A stretch of DNA of 60,019 nt, filler included, from Theionarchaea archaeon (GTDB taxonomy: Archaea > Methanobacteriota_B > Thermococci > Methanofastidiosales > SZ-28-30): assembly GCA_018992565.1 (NCBI GenBank). It is 4 parts of 4 records of this genome, joined end to end, with 100 filler letters (N's around TTAATTAATTAA, not from the genome) between each part and the next. Parts side by side here need not be neighbours in the genome. Positions count along the whole stretch, not along the records: positions 25,107 to 50,018 come from JACVGW010000036.1; 3 more parts are not named here. One strand, written 5' to 3'. A program made the position numbers and the translations under genes. Shown here in pieces: positions 30,694 to 40,600 of this stretch. The notes under the pieces were generated by a model. That model made no database searches. It saw nothing but the letters and a program-made list of their open reading frames with translations, and had not been told where the DNA came from. How positions within the stretch are numbered: the stretch's first letter is position 1; every line of letters starts with the position of its first letter.

Positions 30694-31548
30694 CTAGCCC
30701 AGAAAGTGTGCAACTATTTTTTCTGCTATACAGAAATCAGTAACACATTGAAGTCCTTTCCACCCTGGAATTGAATTGACCTCGAGCACATAGTCCTGAC
30801 CAGAGCCATGGAGGAGATCCACACCAGCATAGCGACAGCCAACCACGTTAGTAGCAGCAACCGCCATGTCCACCACCTTGCGGGGCAATGCAGCCTTTTC
30901 TACAGAGGCCCCTCTTGCGAAATTCGTCTTCCATGTTAAACCTCTCCTTTTCATGGAGGATATCGCCTCATCCCCAATTACAAAGACCCTGAAGTCCTCA
31001 TTATTGTGAGGTATGAACTCCTGGATACAAAAGACGCAGTTGCCATAATCCAGAATGTGAAATAGCCGGTGCGCCAGGTCCCTGTCCTGTATTCTCATTA
31101 CCCCCAGTCCCTGAGACCCAAAGAGAGGCTTCACAACAACATCACCCAGTTCATCAAAGGTATCCATAGCCATCTGGTAGTGCTCTGTGCATATTGTCCG
31201 TGGTGTGGGAATACCTGCATCTTCCAGGAGGGAACAGGTGTAGTACTTATCAGCGCACTGCTCAATGCTCCTGGATGGATTGATGATAGGGATTCCCAGG
31301 TTTTCCAATCGATGTAATACATCCATCCTGAAAACAACCTGTTCTGCAGAACCCCCGGGAACCCACCTTACAAAGACTGCTTCCATGTCATCCACAATAA
31401 CATTTCCCCACGTGACCTTTTGAGTTGCTGAAACCTGGGCCAGAACCTCGGTAATGGGGAATACTATATGCTCTTTGCCTCTGCTGGCAATTTCCCTCAT
31501 CAGTTCTCTCACATTCCAGTCCAGTTCGCTGGCAATAATTCCTATCAC
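30694..31548 (-). CDS. RimK-family ATP-grasp ligase, likely tetrahydromethanopterin:alpha-L-glutamate ligase (MptN-like)
   Basis: DKYYT, VVKPLFGSQGLG, WKTNFARG and LEVNSIPGW motifs; GSAEQVVFRMDVLHRLE; in an operon with mch. Confidence 0.82.
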   Translation of the reverse strand: MIGIIASELDWNVRELMREIASRGKEHIVFPITEVLAQVSATQKVTWGNVIVDDMEAVFVRWVPGGSAEQVVFRMDVLHRLENLGIPIINPSRSIEQCADKYYTCSLLEDAGIPTPRTICTEHYQMAMDTFDELGDVVVKPLFGSQGLGVMRIQDRDLAHRLFHILDYGNCVFCIQEFIPHNNEDFRVFVIGDEAISSMKRRGLTWKTNFARGASVEKAALPRKVVDMAVAATNVVGCRYAGVDLLHGSGQDYVLEVNSIPGWKGLQCVTDFCIAEKIVAHFLG

Positions 31549-32600
31549 GATGCCTCCTCCCGAGCTATGCGCGCTGCTTCCACCATATTATGCAGCTTCT
31601 CCTGGCAGATGGTCAAAGCCACATCTTCTGTGAGCTGTCCTCTGATATACCCCCTCAGTCCCCCAAACCCACAGTCGGGATCCAGAATAATATTTTCTGT
31701 TCCCCACCGCTCTACAGCGTCATGAATCCGCTTTCTTATCACAGAGACAGGTTCCACCACCCGCTGCCACTTCCCATCTTTCTGCACCTGAATAAGCGAG
31801 TCGGGCTCCATATTAGTCTCTACACATCCATATCCCACGACCTTTCCCCAGGAAACCAGATCTTCCTTGTGGTACATATCCAGGTTCTTTGGGAGAGCTG
31901 CGAACTCATGGTCCAGAACCCGTGCCTTTGTGGAGAGGGCAATATCTGTGATATTTGTGTTCATCTCACCGCAAACATGGATAGAAGGAACAGCGTTCTT
32001 GATTCCTTCCAGGGATTTATTAATCATTTCAACGCAGAATTCAGGTTCTAACCCTACGTATAGTGCATATACCAGAGAAGGTTCATCCACACTGATAATG
32101 GAAGCTCCTCCCTGATCATACCCTCTGGCAATGTGAGCCACAAAGGTACTCAGTTTTTCCACCACCTCAGGATACTCAATGGCAGGTGTTTCTCCCACTT
32201 TCACTGTTGCAGCAAGAGTGAGAGGTCCTGTTACAGGCATTTTGACTCCCTTCACCGGAAAAAACTTCCTGGCTATCTGCAGATATTCAATTCCTGGGTA
32301 TCCCCGTGGAATCTCAATGTCGCCCACTACCTCAAATCCTTTTCCCGCAGGGCTCAGCCCATGTCCCAGGAGATGTCCCAGGAACATAGAACACATGTCC
32401 TGCGGCTGGCCGTAGCTGGGGTAGTCAACCCCTGCCGTGCACTGGATTCTGAGTGCTCTGAATATGCCAGGGAGAAAAGGGTCATCTACCACCACTTCCC
32501 CATCAGGGACTACATCAGTGTACGGGGCAAAATCCTGCTTCACAGGATAAAATGGGAGCACGGGAAAGCTCCCCACGACTGTTGTGTCTAATTCGTTCAT
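31545..32600 (-). CDS. Single-barrel (core) MetE-family methionine synthase
   Basis: TTVVGSFP, TGPLTL, VDEPSL and Zn ligands HVC, E and PDCG; lacks the N-terminal barrel. Confidence 0.82.
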   Translation of the reverse strand: MNELDTTVVGSFPVLPFYPVKQDFAPYTDVVPDGEVVVDDPFLPGIFRALRIQCTAGVDYPSYGQPQDMCSMFLGHLLGHGLSPAGKGFEVVGDIEIPRGYPGIEYLQIARKFFPVKGVKMPVTGPLTLAATVKVGETPAIEYPEVVEKLSTFVAHIARGYDQGGASIISVDEPSLVYALYVGLEPEFCVEMINKSLEGIKNAVPSIHVCGEMNTNITDIALSTKARVLDHEFAALPKNLDMYHKEDLVSWGKVVGYGCVETNMEPDSLIQVQKDGKWQRVVEPVSVIRKRIHDAVERWGTENIILDPDCGFGGLRGYIRGQLTEDVALTICQEKLHNMVEAARIAREEAS

Positions 32601-33568
32601 TCTACACCCAGTGACTTTTTGAGAACATCCTCGTTAACTCCTCCTGCATGGTAGCAGCTCCCTGTCGTCACATTGTTCACAAAGATTTCTGCAGGTGAGA
32701 ACAAATGAGGATCTATCTTATAGAAGTCCTTATCGTATTTCTTAAAGATGTCGTAAAAGGGTTGGCCATAGTCTCTGGAAGCAGAGGATGGAACCTTGTC
32801 AATGATTTTTTCAACCTGCTGGTCTTCAGTGCTGACGAAGTACCGGGTTTGCCCGCCGTACAGTATGCAGTCATTGGTGATACCCATCGCCTTCAGGTCT
32901 GACTTTGCAATGGGTGCCACAGGGCAGGTACCGTATCCTGAAAGGACTGCGTCCAGCGGGAATCCAAGTTCATGGAGTTTGTGCAGCCCCGTCTCCACAA
33001 TGCGCGCTGAAATCTGCACAGAACCCACCAGGGATGCTGTCGGTGCCACCAGGATGTACAGCTTTTCAGGGGCTACCCCTGCTTTTTCAGCAATGTACGA
33101 GGCCACCTCACTGGAGGGCATGGTCCTGGTTTCTAACGCAATCACAGCTTCAGGGCAATTATCCTGATATCCCAGCGTCTTGAAGAGCTTTTCATCTCTG
33201 GCCAGAGAACGCGCAGGTCCACTCCCCAGAGCAAAGAAATCTCCCACCTTGATTTTCCAGCCTGCAAACTGGGACCCCATGCACGCTTCTTTGGGATAGT
33301 CTGTGGATACGTTGACATTCATCCCGAACCGGGTGTAGGAGAATTCCACCTGGGCCAATCCGCCCATGCATGCTTCTGAGAAGAGCTTGCCAGCCATGAT
33401 GCCGCCCTCCCTGTTGACGCCACAATCCACAATAAGAGCGCCATTATCCAGGGATTTCACATCTATTTTGAATTCGTCTTTTTCCAATACCATTCTTCTT
33501 GCTATGTGTGCTGCCTTTTCATTAACACTAACCACAGAATCACCAACTGACAGAAGACAAAGGCTCAT
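32597..33568 (-). CDS. mch: Methenyltetrahydromethanopterin cyclohydrolase
   Basis: SVNEKA, ACMGSQFAGW, GSGPAR, VQISARIVE, TNDCILYGG and DFYKIDPHLFSPA; true start is probably a GTG near 33535. Confidence 0.95.
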   Translation of the reverse strand: MSLCLLSVGDSVVSVNEKAAHIARRMVLEKDEFKIDVKSLDNGALIVDCGVNREGGIMAGKLFSEACMGGLAQVEFSYTRFGMNVNVSTDYPKEACMGSQFAGWKIKVGDFFALGSGPARSLARDEKLFKTLGYQDNCPEAVIALETRTMPSSEVASYIAEKAGVAPEKLYILVAPTASLVGSVQISARIVETGLHKLHELGFPLDAVLSGYGTCPVAPIAKSDLKAMGITNDCILYGGQTRYFVSTEDQQVEKIIDKVPSSASRDYGQPFYDIFKKYDKDFYKIDPHLFSPAEIFVNNVTTGSCYHAGGVNEDVLKKSLGVE

Positions 33569-33667
33569 ATAAATTTTTGCGTTGAGTGATTTTCAAGGTC
33601 ATATCCCTCTACAAACGTAAATATTCCTTTTTCTGGACAGGTGCTTGAAGACATCCAGGACAATGAC

Positions 33668-33785
33668 AAAAAAAGAGATGGGGGGCTCAAGGAGCCCCTT
33701 TCGATTTGCTCCAGCTAACCATTGACGCCTTCACAGCACAGGAGTCTTTCCAGTTCTCCAGCGCCTCCCCTTCTCAAGCTGGATA
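33668..33785 (-). ncRNA. Candidate structured small RNA (about 118 nt)
   Basis: TTTAAATA box at 33814-33807; long imperfect hairpin (TCCAGCT/AGCTGGA, TTGA/TCAA, GCGC/GTGC, GGAG/CTCC); second hairpin GGGGCTC-ctt-GAGCCCC, then T7. Confidence 0.5.
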
Positions 33786-34229
33786 CTACTATTAATGAGT
33801 TTGTACTATTTAAAGCTATCTGAAGGTCTGCTGCAGAAAAAAAATGGAGAGGGTTCCTTCTCGTTCTTATGCAGTAATTGATGAAGGATCCACCGTTGAT
33901 CAGCAGTTGCACTGATGAATGGAGAACTGCAGTGTTTCTTGTCCTGAAGCATGAAGGCCCTGGATCACACGTCTTGTGACGAGAGATGAGCTCACTGCTG
34001 GAAAGCACATATATTCTTATCCATTGTTACAAGAGCCGCTCTTCAGAACTCTGTCCGAATGAGGTGAATACTATTAGCACACGGTTTCAGGTAACCGTCA
34101 CGGGGCATAACTGTTGCCATCGAAGACTATTTAAATACTGGTCACTCCTGTGGGACGCAAGAGATACCTCAGCCAGTACTCCAAAATACCTTTACCAGGT
34201 GACTGACACCAGATGAGGTGAGAAAAAAA

Positions 34230-36608
34230 ATGTGGAAAAGAACCGGTATATTCATTTTTTTGTTGCTGACACTGACTGCAGTACCTGAGACTGCAGCGAG
34301 TCCTGCACTTGATGTGCGGATGAGTGAGAATCCTGTCGCAGTAGCTGCAGGAAGTCCTGTTACAATCCAGGTAACCTATGAGAATGTGGGAGATTCTGAT
34401 CTTCACATATACCTGGTGATCTTTGATGAGGGAAGTAATGCACAGTCTCCTCGGCCAGTCCTGGTGTACGGAGGACAGCCCTTCACCACAGCCATCAATA
34501 CGGGAGTAATCTTTGGTGAAATGAATCTTTCTGTGGGGAAATTTGAGACTGTTAACATTACCTTCCAGGTTTCCGACACTGTCACTCAGGGAGATTACTC
34601 CATGCGCATGGCAGGATATCAGGAAAAAGTCGGAGATACCTACATTGGATATGGAGAGGAGGAATTCGTGATACAGGTTGGCCCTCCTATGCTGTCTGCT
34701 CCAGGGTTGATAAGTCCTCAGAATGAGGCGCAGGTGACAGGCACCCCTGTGCTGCAGTGGTCACCAGTCTCTGGTGCAGAAGGGTATGCATATGAACTAT
34801 CAATGAGTCCCGATATCGATGAGAATGGCCACTTTCTCGCTGGCGTATGCTCTGGCTCTACTACCAATCTATCCATAGGAGTCACCTGCAGTCTGCAGAA
34901 GAACACGTGGATTTACTGGCATGTATGGTCTTATGCAGGGGAAGAAACGAGCCCAGTCAGCTCTGTTTTCAGATTCATGATTACGGACTTGAACACAGCT
35001 CCTGTTGTTCTAGATGCTTCAGTTTCTCCACAAACGGGGGATTCTGATACTGTATTCACCTTCGTAGTCAAATACCAGGATCAGGACAACGATCCGGGGA
35101 TCGTCCATATTTATATTGACGGTATCGAATTTGAAATGGTTCCCAGAGATCCCACAGACACCGTGTACACAGATGGCTTCACATATCAGCATGAAACCAC
35201 ATTGTCTGAAGGTGTCCACAATTATTATGTTATCTGTGAGGATGGAAGAGGGGGAACCAGGCGGTATCCCGAATCTGGCACTGTGACAGGACCTGTTGTC
35301 TCTGACGGAGCGGTCTTGACCCAGCCCATACTGGTGAATCCTCAGAATGAAGCCAGCATAGATTCTGTCCCTGTTCTGACCTGGTCAGTGGTGTCAGACG
35401 CTGAAGGATATGCATGGGAAATGTCATTGAGTCCTGATGTAGACCAGAATGGCAGGTTCTTGAGCATCGTCTGCTCGGGTTCTTCTACCGCACCCAGTGC
35501 TGCTGTTGCCTGTGATCTGCAGAAGAATACCTGGATCTACTGGCACGTGTGGGCCTATGCGGGGGAAGAAATAGGTCCAATCAGCACAGTGTCCAGGTTC
35601 AAGATTGTGGAGCTGTTGCCAGCTCCTGTATTGAATTCACCTGCCATAAATGCAGTGGAAGTGGAATTGAGGCCCACATTTTCCTGGAGTGCTGTAGAAA
35701 GGGCATCATCGTACACTATACAGGTGGCCACCGATCTCTCATTTCAGAGAATCATAAGTGATGAGACAGTGAGTGCTACCTCATATGTCTCGTCTTTTGA
35801 TCTGCAGGAAACTACTACATACTACTGGAGAGTGAGGGCGCACTCTGATGGCCAGGTCAGTGAATGGGCGTCAGGTTATTTTACCACGCGTTCAGTCTCA
35901 GGATTGCTTCACCCCCCATCCCTATCATATCCTTCCAATAACGTGAAGGATGTGGAACTGCGTCCAATTTTTTCCTGGAATGTGGTTGAGGGAGCAGGAG
36001 CGTACGTTATCCAGGTTTCTACCAGTTCTTCTTTTTCGTACTTTGCTATTAATGAAAAGGTCACAGCATCATCGTACATGACCTCTTTTGACTTGGAGCC
36101 TGAAACCATGTATTTCTGGAGAGTGAGAGCCGAAAATGAGGACGGTCCCGGTGATTGGTCTTCATACTGGTCTTTTGAAACAACAGGTGTGGAGAAAGAC
36201 GTTCTGGAATCACCTATTGTGGCGACTCCAGATGGCGAAGAAGGAGAAGGAGGAATCAGATTATCATGGAATGCAGTTGGTGATGCAGATTTGTACGAAA
36301 TCCAGGTGAGTAAGACAAAGACATTTCCTGAGAGTTCACTGGAGAAGATCAATTCTGTTACCACCCTGGAGGTGACCACCACCTCTACAGAGGTGAAGCT
36401 TGCTGCAGGAACCTATTTCTGGAGAGTTCGAGCAAAGAATGATGAAGGGAGCAGTGAGTGGTCAAAAGGGGATCACTGGTTTGTCATTGCTCAGATGAAT
36501 ACGCTCAAGACTGTCGTATTTGATCCTCTGGTACAGGGCATGGTGGTAATCTCAGCTGCGCTTTCCATCATCTATGTGCTGGTTCCCTTTTTCAGGAAAA
36601 AGAAATAG
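34230..36608 (+). CDS. Cell-surface protein with multiple fibronectin-III/Ig-like repeats
   Basis: Signal peptide; five repeats of P.L..P...W..V..A..Y....(Y/F)W(R/H)V; C-terminal TM helix + RKKK. Confidence 0.85.
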   Translation: MWKRTGIFIFLLLTLTAVPETAASPALDVRMSENPVAVAAGSPVTIQVTYENVGDSDLHIYLVIFDEGSNAQSPRPVLVYGGQPFTTAINTGVIFGEMNLSVGKFETVNITFQVSDTVTQGDYSMRMAGYQEKVGDTYIGYGEEEFVIQVGPPMLSAPGLISPQNEAQVTGTPVLQWSPVSGAEGYAYELSMSPDIDENGHFLAGVCSGSTTNLSIGVTCSLQKNTWIYWHVWSYAGEETSPVSSVFRFMITDLNTAPVVLDASVSPQTGDSDTVFTFVVKYQDQDNDPGIVHIYIDGIEFEMVPRDPTDTVYTDGFTYQHETTLSEGVHNYYVICEDGRGGTRRYPESGTVTGPVVSDGAVLTQPILVNPQNEASIDSVPVLTWSVVSDAEGYAWEMSLSPDVDQNGRFLSIVCSGSSTAPSAAVACDLQKNTWIYWHVWAYAGEEIGPISTVSRFKIVELLPAPVLNSPAINAVEVELRPTFSWSAVERASSYTIQVATDLSFQRIISDETVSATSYVSSFDLQETTTYYWRVRAHSDGQVSEWASGYFTTRSVSGLLHPPSLSYPSNNVKDVELRPIFSWNVVEGAGAYVIQVSTSSSFSYFAINEKVTASSYMTSFDLEPETMYFWRVRAENEDGPGDWSSYWSFETTGVEKDVLESPIVATPDGEEGEGGIRLSWNAVGDADLYEIQVSKTKTFPESSLEKINSVTTLEVTTTSTEVKLAAGTYFWRVRAKNDEGSSEWSKGDHWFVIAQMNTLKTVVFDPLVQGMVVISAALSIIYVLVPFFRKKK

Positions 36609-36622
36609 GTGGTCACACGGAT

Positions 36623-37066
36623 GTGAGAACCCATACAGCACTCCACGTGCTGAAGGGAGCTGTCCAGAAGGTTCTTCAGGTGAGGTGGACTGCAGGTGTA
36701 TGGGTCGAAGGCCTGAATGGGAGGCTTACTGTCCTGGCTGATAGGAATCCAACGCAGCAGGAGCTGGAGGATATTGAACGTGAAGCCAATGAGAAGATAA
36801 GAGAAGACCAGGACATTGTGGAGTATACACTGGATAGGAACGAGGCAGAAAACCGGTGGGGAGATTCAATATATGACATGTTTCCTCTCCCCGAGGGGAT
36901 AACAACTGTGACGGTGGTGTGTATTCCAGGCTGGAACGTCAACTGCTGCAAGGAGAACCACACCAGGACAACTGGGGAGATTGGAAGAATCACTCTAAGG
37001 AAAACCAGGTTCAGAAAGAATAAAAACCTGCTGGAGATTTCATTCTCTGTTGAACCAGGGTCCTGA
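36623..37066 (+). CDS. alaX: AlaX-S alanyl-tRNA trans-editing protein
   Basis: RTHTALHVLKGA (HxxxH) and NCCKENH (CxxxH) zinc motifs, TTGEIG. Confidence 0.88.
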   Translation: MRTHTALHVLKGAVQKVLQVRWTAGVWVEGLNGRLTVLADRNPTQQELEDIEREANEKIREDQDIVEYTLDRNEAENRWGDSIYDMFPLPEGITTVTVVCIPGWNVNCCKENHTRTTGEIGRITLRKTRFRKNKNLLEISFSVEPGS

Positions 37067-37105
37067 CTTCAGAGCGGTGTCCTTCACCATATGTCATATG
37101 TTGCG

Positions 37106-38653
37106 TCATTCCATTCTGCTGAACCGTCTCTTTCCCATCAAGAGGACACCAATTCCCACAGCCCAGACAACAGGAATGACAAGGTAGAATACTCCCTTCT
37201 CGCCAAACATTATGAGACTGCCAAGCACGAAAAACGCTGATCCCTGAGCAGGTATCATCATGTTCAACATGAATTCGCTGCCTCTTTCGTCGTAAGCCGG
37301 TCTCAGCAAGAACATTCCCAGAGCTAGAATGGTATGTGCTGCTGCGTACAGTATTATTGCTCCCGTATATATGACACCAGACGTAACGGTGGTCCCAGGA
37401 ATTAACTTCACTGAGACTGCCATCAGCACACCTGCTACTACCGGAACAATTAGCCATCCTTGGACAACTCGTGTCTTAATCAACTTCCCGACTCCAGAAG
37501 GGACCTTCTTGTACAGAAAGAATGTTTCTTTCCCTCTCAATGTCATGTCGCTGGCCACTGCTACAGCCAGCAAAGGAAAAATGAAACTGCTTGTCAGGAA
37601 GACAGGGAAGAGGTCTTGGGGCTTCATGAGGAATATGTTCATGAGGGCAGCCAGTGCCACGATGTAGACAATCCAGGACAAATTCTGGAACCTTCTCACG
37701 TAGGTCTTAAAGGTTGAAGTCAGGAGGATGCCGAAAGAGTTCTTTCCTCCGATGTAGTTCACAAATCTATAAAAGGCACCATCAGGCCCCACCTGAGCAG
37801 CAGTGAAGGTGGTAATCTCCGCGCTGTAGGCACGACCAGCCAGCCTCATTCCGATCCAGAAGGAACCTCCCAAAAAGACGATACTACCTGCGAGTCGAGG
37901 CACAACTTCCAACCCAATAGTCCCCGGGTGGGCTGCAAACTGGGTGACAATACCAGCCGCCCAGGAACTGGGGAATATCCGAAGTATGTTCCTGATCATG
38001 GTGCCGGCCTCAGGATCGGCAAGTCTTTCAAGCACATTTCCTCCAAGGAACGCATAGACGACGGCAACAAGGGGCACAACAAGCATGAGCGATAGTGCCT
38101 TCGCCACATCTTTGCTGCGCGATGATCTCCCTAATCTCGTTCGTAAGAGAGCAGCAATCACTGTGCCAATCCAGAGAGCAGATGAGAGCGTAATCATAAA
38201 GCTTGTGACAATCACTGCCTTCTGTGAATTAGTTACTCCCAGGGGATCAAAAAGAGCGGTTATAAATCCTGTGAATATGGTCATAATAATAATATACAGA
38301 GGCAGTTCCCCCAGAAACTCTCCCAGGAGAATGTCACGCGGGTTCACCGGAGCAGAGAGAAGCAGCACTTGCTGTTCAGACCTGACATCCCTCAGCATTA
38401 AAGTAATGGGAAACCATATGAAGATCAGAAAGAACATGAGAAACAGAATGGGCACAAAAGCCACAGCTACCTGTGACAGAAGGAATGCTACCAGTTCATC
38501 TGTGAAAAGATCAATGAGTGCGGGGGCGATATACAGGACAAAGACCGCAAGAATTCCCAGCATTATGAAGGGAAAGTACCTGCGTATGGATCGTATACTG
38601 CTGGTCCGTGCACGATAATCACTTTGTGCAATGACAAACCACTTATGTGTCAT
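37106..38653 (-). CDS. ABC transporter permease (multi-TM)
   Basis: Many TM helices; LLLSAPVNPRDILLGEF and PSSWAA; overlaps the ATPase gene. Confidence 0.8.
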   Translation of the reverse strand: MTHKWFVIAQSDYRARTSSIRSIRRYFPFIMLGILAVFVLYIAPALIDLFTDELVAFLLSQVAVAFVPILFLMFFLIFIWFPITLMLRDVRSEQQVLLLSAPVNPRDILLGEFLGELPLYIIIMTIFTGFITALFDPLGVTNSQKAVIVTSFMITLSSALWIGTVIAALLRTRLGRSSRSKDVAKALSLMLVVPLVAVVYAFLGGNVLERLADPEAGTMIRNILRIFPSSWAAGIVTQFAAHPGTIGLEVVPRLAGSIVFLGGSFWIGMRLAGRAYSAEITTFTAAQVGPDGAFYRFVNYIGGKNSFGILLTSTFKTYVRRFQNLSWIVYIVALAALMNIFLMKPQDLFPVFLTSSFIFPLLAVAVASDMTLRGKETFFLYKKVPSGVGKLIKTRVVQGWLIVPVVAGVLMAVSVKLIPGTTVTSGVIYTGAIILYAAAHTILALGMFLLRPAYDERGSEFMLNMMIPAQGSAFFVLGSLIMFGEKGVFYLVIPVVWAVGIGVLLMGKRRFSRME

Positions 38654-39425
38654 TTACATCTTCCCTCCATGCCAGTAGTTCACCCTCATGTATCCCGCCG
38701 GTCAATTCAATGAAGGCTTCCTCCAATGTGGTGGAATTCGTGCGCCCGATAATGTCACTGACAGTTCCCACTGCAACAAGGGCGCCCTGGTGAATGATGC
38801 CAATTCTGTCACAGAGTTCCTCCACGATGGGGAGGATGTGGCTGCAGAGAAAGATGGTCCTTCCGGCTTTCTGTGATAAATCTTTGATCAGGTCCTTCAC
38901 CATGAGGGCTGCCCGGGGATCCAGAGTAGAAGTTGGTTCATCAAGGAACACAATTGGAGGGTCATGGACCAGAGCTGCTGCAAGGAGGACTTTCTGTTTC
39001 ATTCCCCGGCTGTATCCTTCCAGGAGATAATCACGTCTTTCATCAAGTCCAAAGAGTTTAAGTAGATCATCTACCCTACGGGGCAATATATCGCCAGGAA
39101 CATCATATAAAGCTCCCATGAATTCCAGGAATTCTCGAGCACTTAATTTTTCAAACAATCCGGGTGACTCAGCAAGTAATCCAGTAATCCGTTTCACCTC
39201 TTGTGCCTGAGTGAGAATATCAAATCCGTGCACAGATGCTGTTCCAGAGGTGGGTTTGATGATGCAGTTCAGCAAGTTGACAGTTGTGGTCTTCCCGGCC
39301 CCATTTGGACCTAAAAGCCCAAAGGTTTCTCCCTCATAGACTGTGAGGTTCAGATTGTCCACTGCTTTGATTTCGCCCTTTCCGTAGTATTTGGAGAGAT
39401 CTGTGGTAAGTATGAGTGGTTTCAT
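38643..39425 (-). CDS. ABC transporter ATP-binding protein
   Basis: GPNGAGKTT, YSRGMKQK, LDEPT and SH motifs. Confidence 0.95.
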   Translation of the reverse strand: MKPLILTTDLSKYYGKGEIKAVDNLNLTVYEGETFGLLGPNGAGKTTTVNLLNCIIKPTSGTASVHGFDILTQAQEVKRITGLLAESPGLFEKLSAREFLEFMGALYDVPGDILPRRVDDLLKLFGLDERRDYLLEGYSRGMKQKVLLAAALVHDPPIVFLDEPTSTLDPRAALMVKDLIKDLSQKAGRTIFLCSHILPIVEELCDRIGIIHQGALVAVGTVSDIIGRTNSTTLEEAFIELTGGIHEGELLAWREDVNDT

Positions 39426-39799
39426 ACGGGGCCGGTCTCAGAGAGACTTATGAATGTTTCCCTCCACTCGCACTTCCATTTCTACTTTTTCAATGTGGAA
39501 TTCAGGATGCGGGCACTTCCTGGGACTCCACTTTCAGTCTTTCTGGAACCCGGGACATCATCATTTTCTTCCGCAGGTGAAAGGGGGATCTCAGAAATAC
39601 AACGAGTTGACATTGGGGCTATCAAGACAGTGATTACCGGATCAAGGACTATGGAATGCAGAAATGATGACCAGATGTTCTCGCAACCCGTTCCGCACGA
39701 CCACATCACATCAGGAACCTTTAGTCAATAGGTCAGAGAACAAAAATCCCTTTTTCTCGAAGGAATTCTCTTTATTAACCTCCTGATAAGGGGTATACC

Positions 39800-40333
39800 A
39801 TGAGATACTCAGTGATTTTTCTTGTCCTGCTCCTAATGGGCTGTATAGAACAGCAGACAGAATCTGTAGACGAAGGCATAACTCCTCTTGAGGACTTCTT
39901 TGTTATGGATTCAGGAGTTATCCCGGATATTGACAGTACTGGATGGGTGCTTGAGGTGACAGGATTGGTAGAGACCCAGCTGGCGCTCACATATGAAGAG
40001 GTGCTGCAGGTTCCTTCTGTGACTCAGGTTACGCATCTTTATTGCATGCCCGGCTATGAAGGCACGGGAAAGTGGACAGGTGTCCCTCTACGATCTGTGC
40101 TGGAGAAGGCAGGGTACTCAGAGCAAGCAGGCGCTGTGGTCATCTACGCTGCTGATGACTTCTACACCAGTATCTCCCTGGAGAAGGCTCTACAGGAAGG
40201 TACGATACTTGCTTATCAGATGAATGGTGTTGTACTCCCCAGAGAACACGGATACCCTCTCCGTCTTGTTCTGCCTGATGAAGTAGGCAGCAAGTGGGTC
40301 AAGTGGATAGTACGAATCGAAGTAGTGGAATGA
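39800..40333 (+). CDS. Molybdopterin-dependent oxidoreductase, sulfite-oxidase family, lipoprotein
   Basis: Lipobox LLMGC; Mo-ligand LYC, WTGVPL, HGYPLRLV and KWVKWI motifs. Confidence 0.85.
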   Translation: MRYSVIFLVLLLMGCIEQQTESVDEGITPLEDFFVMDSGVIPDIDSTGWVLEVTGLVETQLALTYEEVLQVPSVTQVTHLYCMPGYEGTGKWTGVPLRSVLEKAGYSEQAGAVVIYAADDFYTSISLEKALQEGTILAYQMNGVVLPREHGYPLRLVLPDEVGSKWVKWIVRIEVVE

Positions 40334-40600
40334 AGATGCAGGTGCACTGTACGCAGAATCAAGGTTTTACGCTAATTCAGAAGCTGAACAGGAACTGGAC
40401 GTTGAAAGATTGCTTTATGCGGGCGAAGAGAGTAGTATTCCTTACTACCCGCAGGAAGAAAGGAGGGTGGAAAGAGAAATGAAATCGCTACGTATTTATG
40501 CAGGGAATGTCATCTTCTCTTATGGATAAAGGGACTATCTTCGTGAAGGAAACGCCTTCACCTTGGCAGAGACTAGAAACGGATTTTAAGGAGGACTCAC

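Noticed and set aside
33715..34216. ORFs 33715-34008 and 33986-34216
   Set aside because: Neither has a recognisable motif or RBS. The first runs across a TATA box and a structured segment better explained as an ncRNA.
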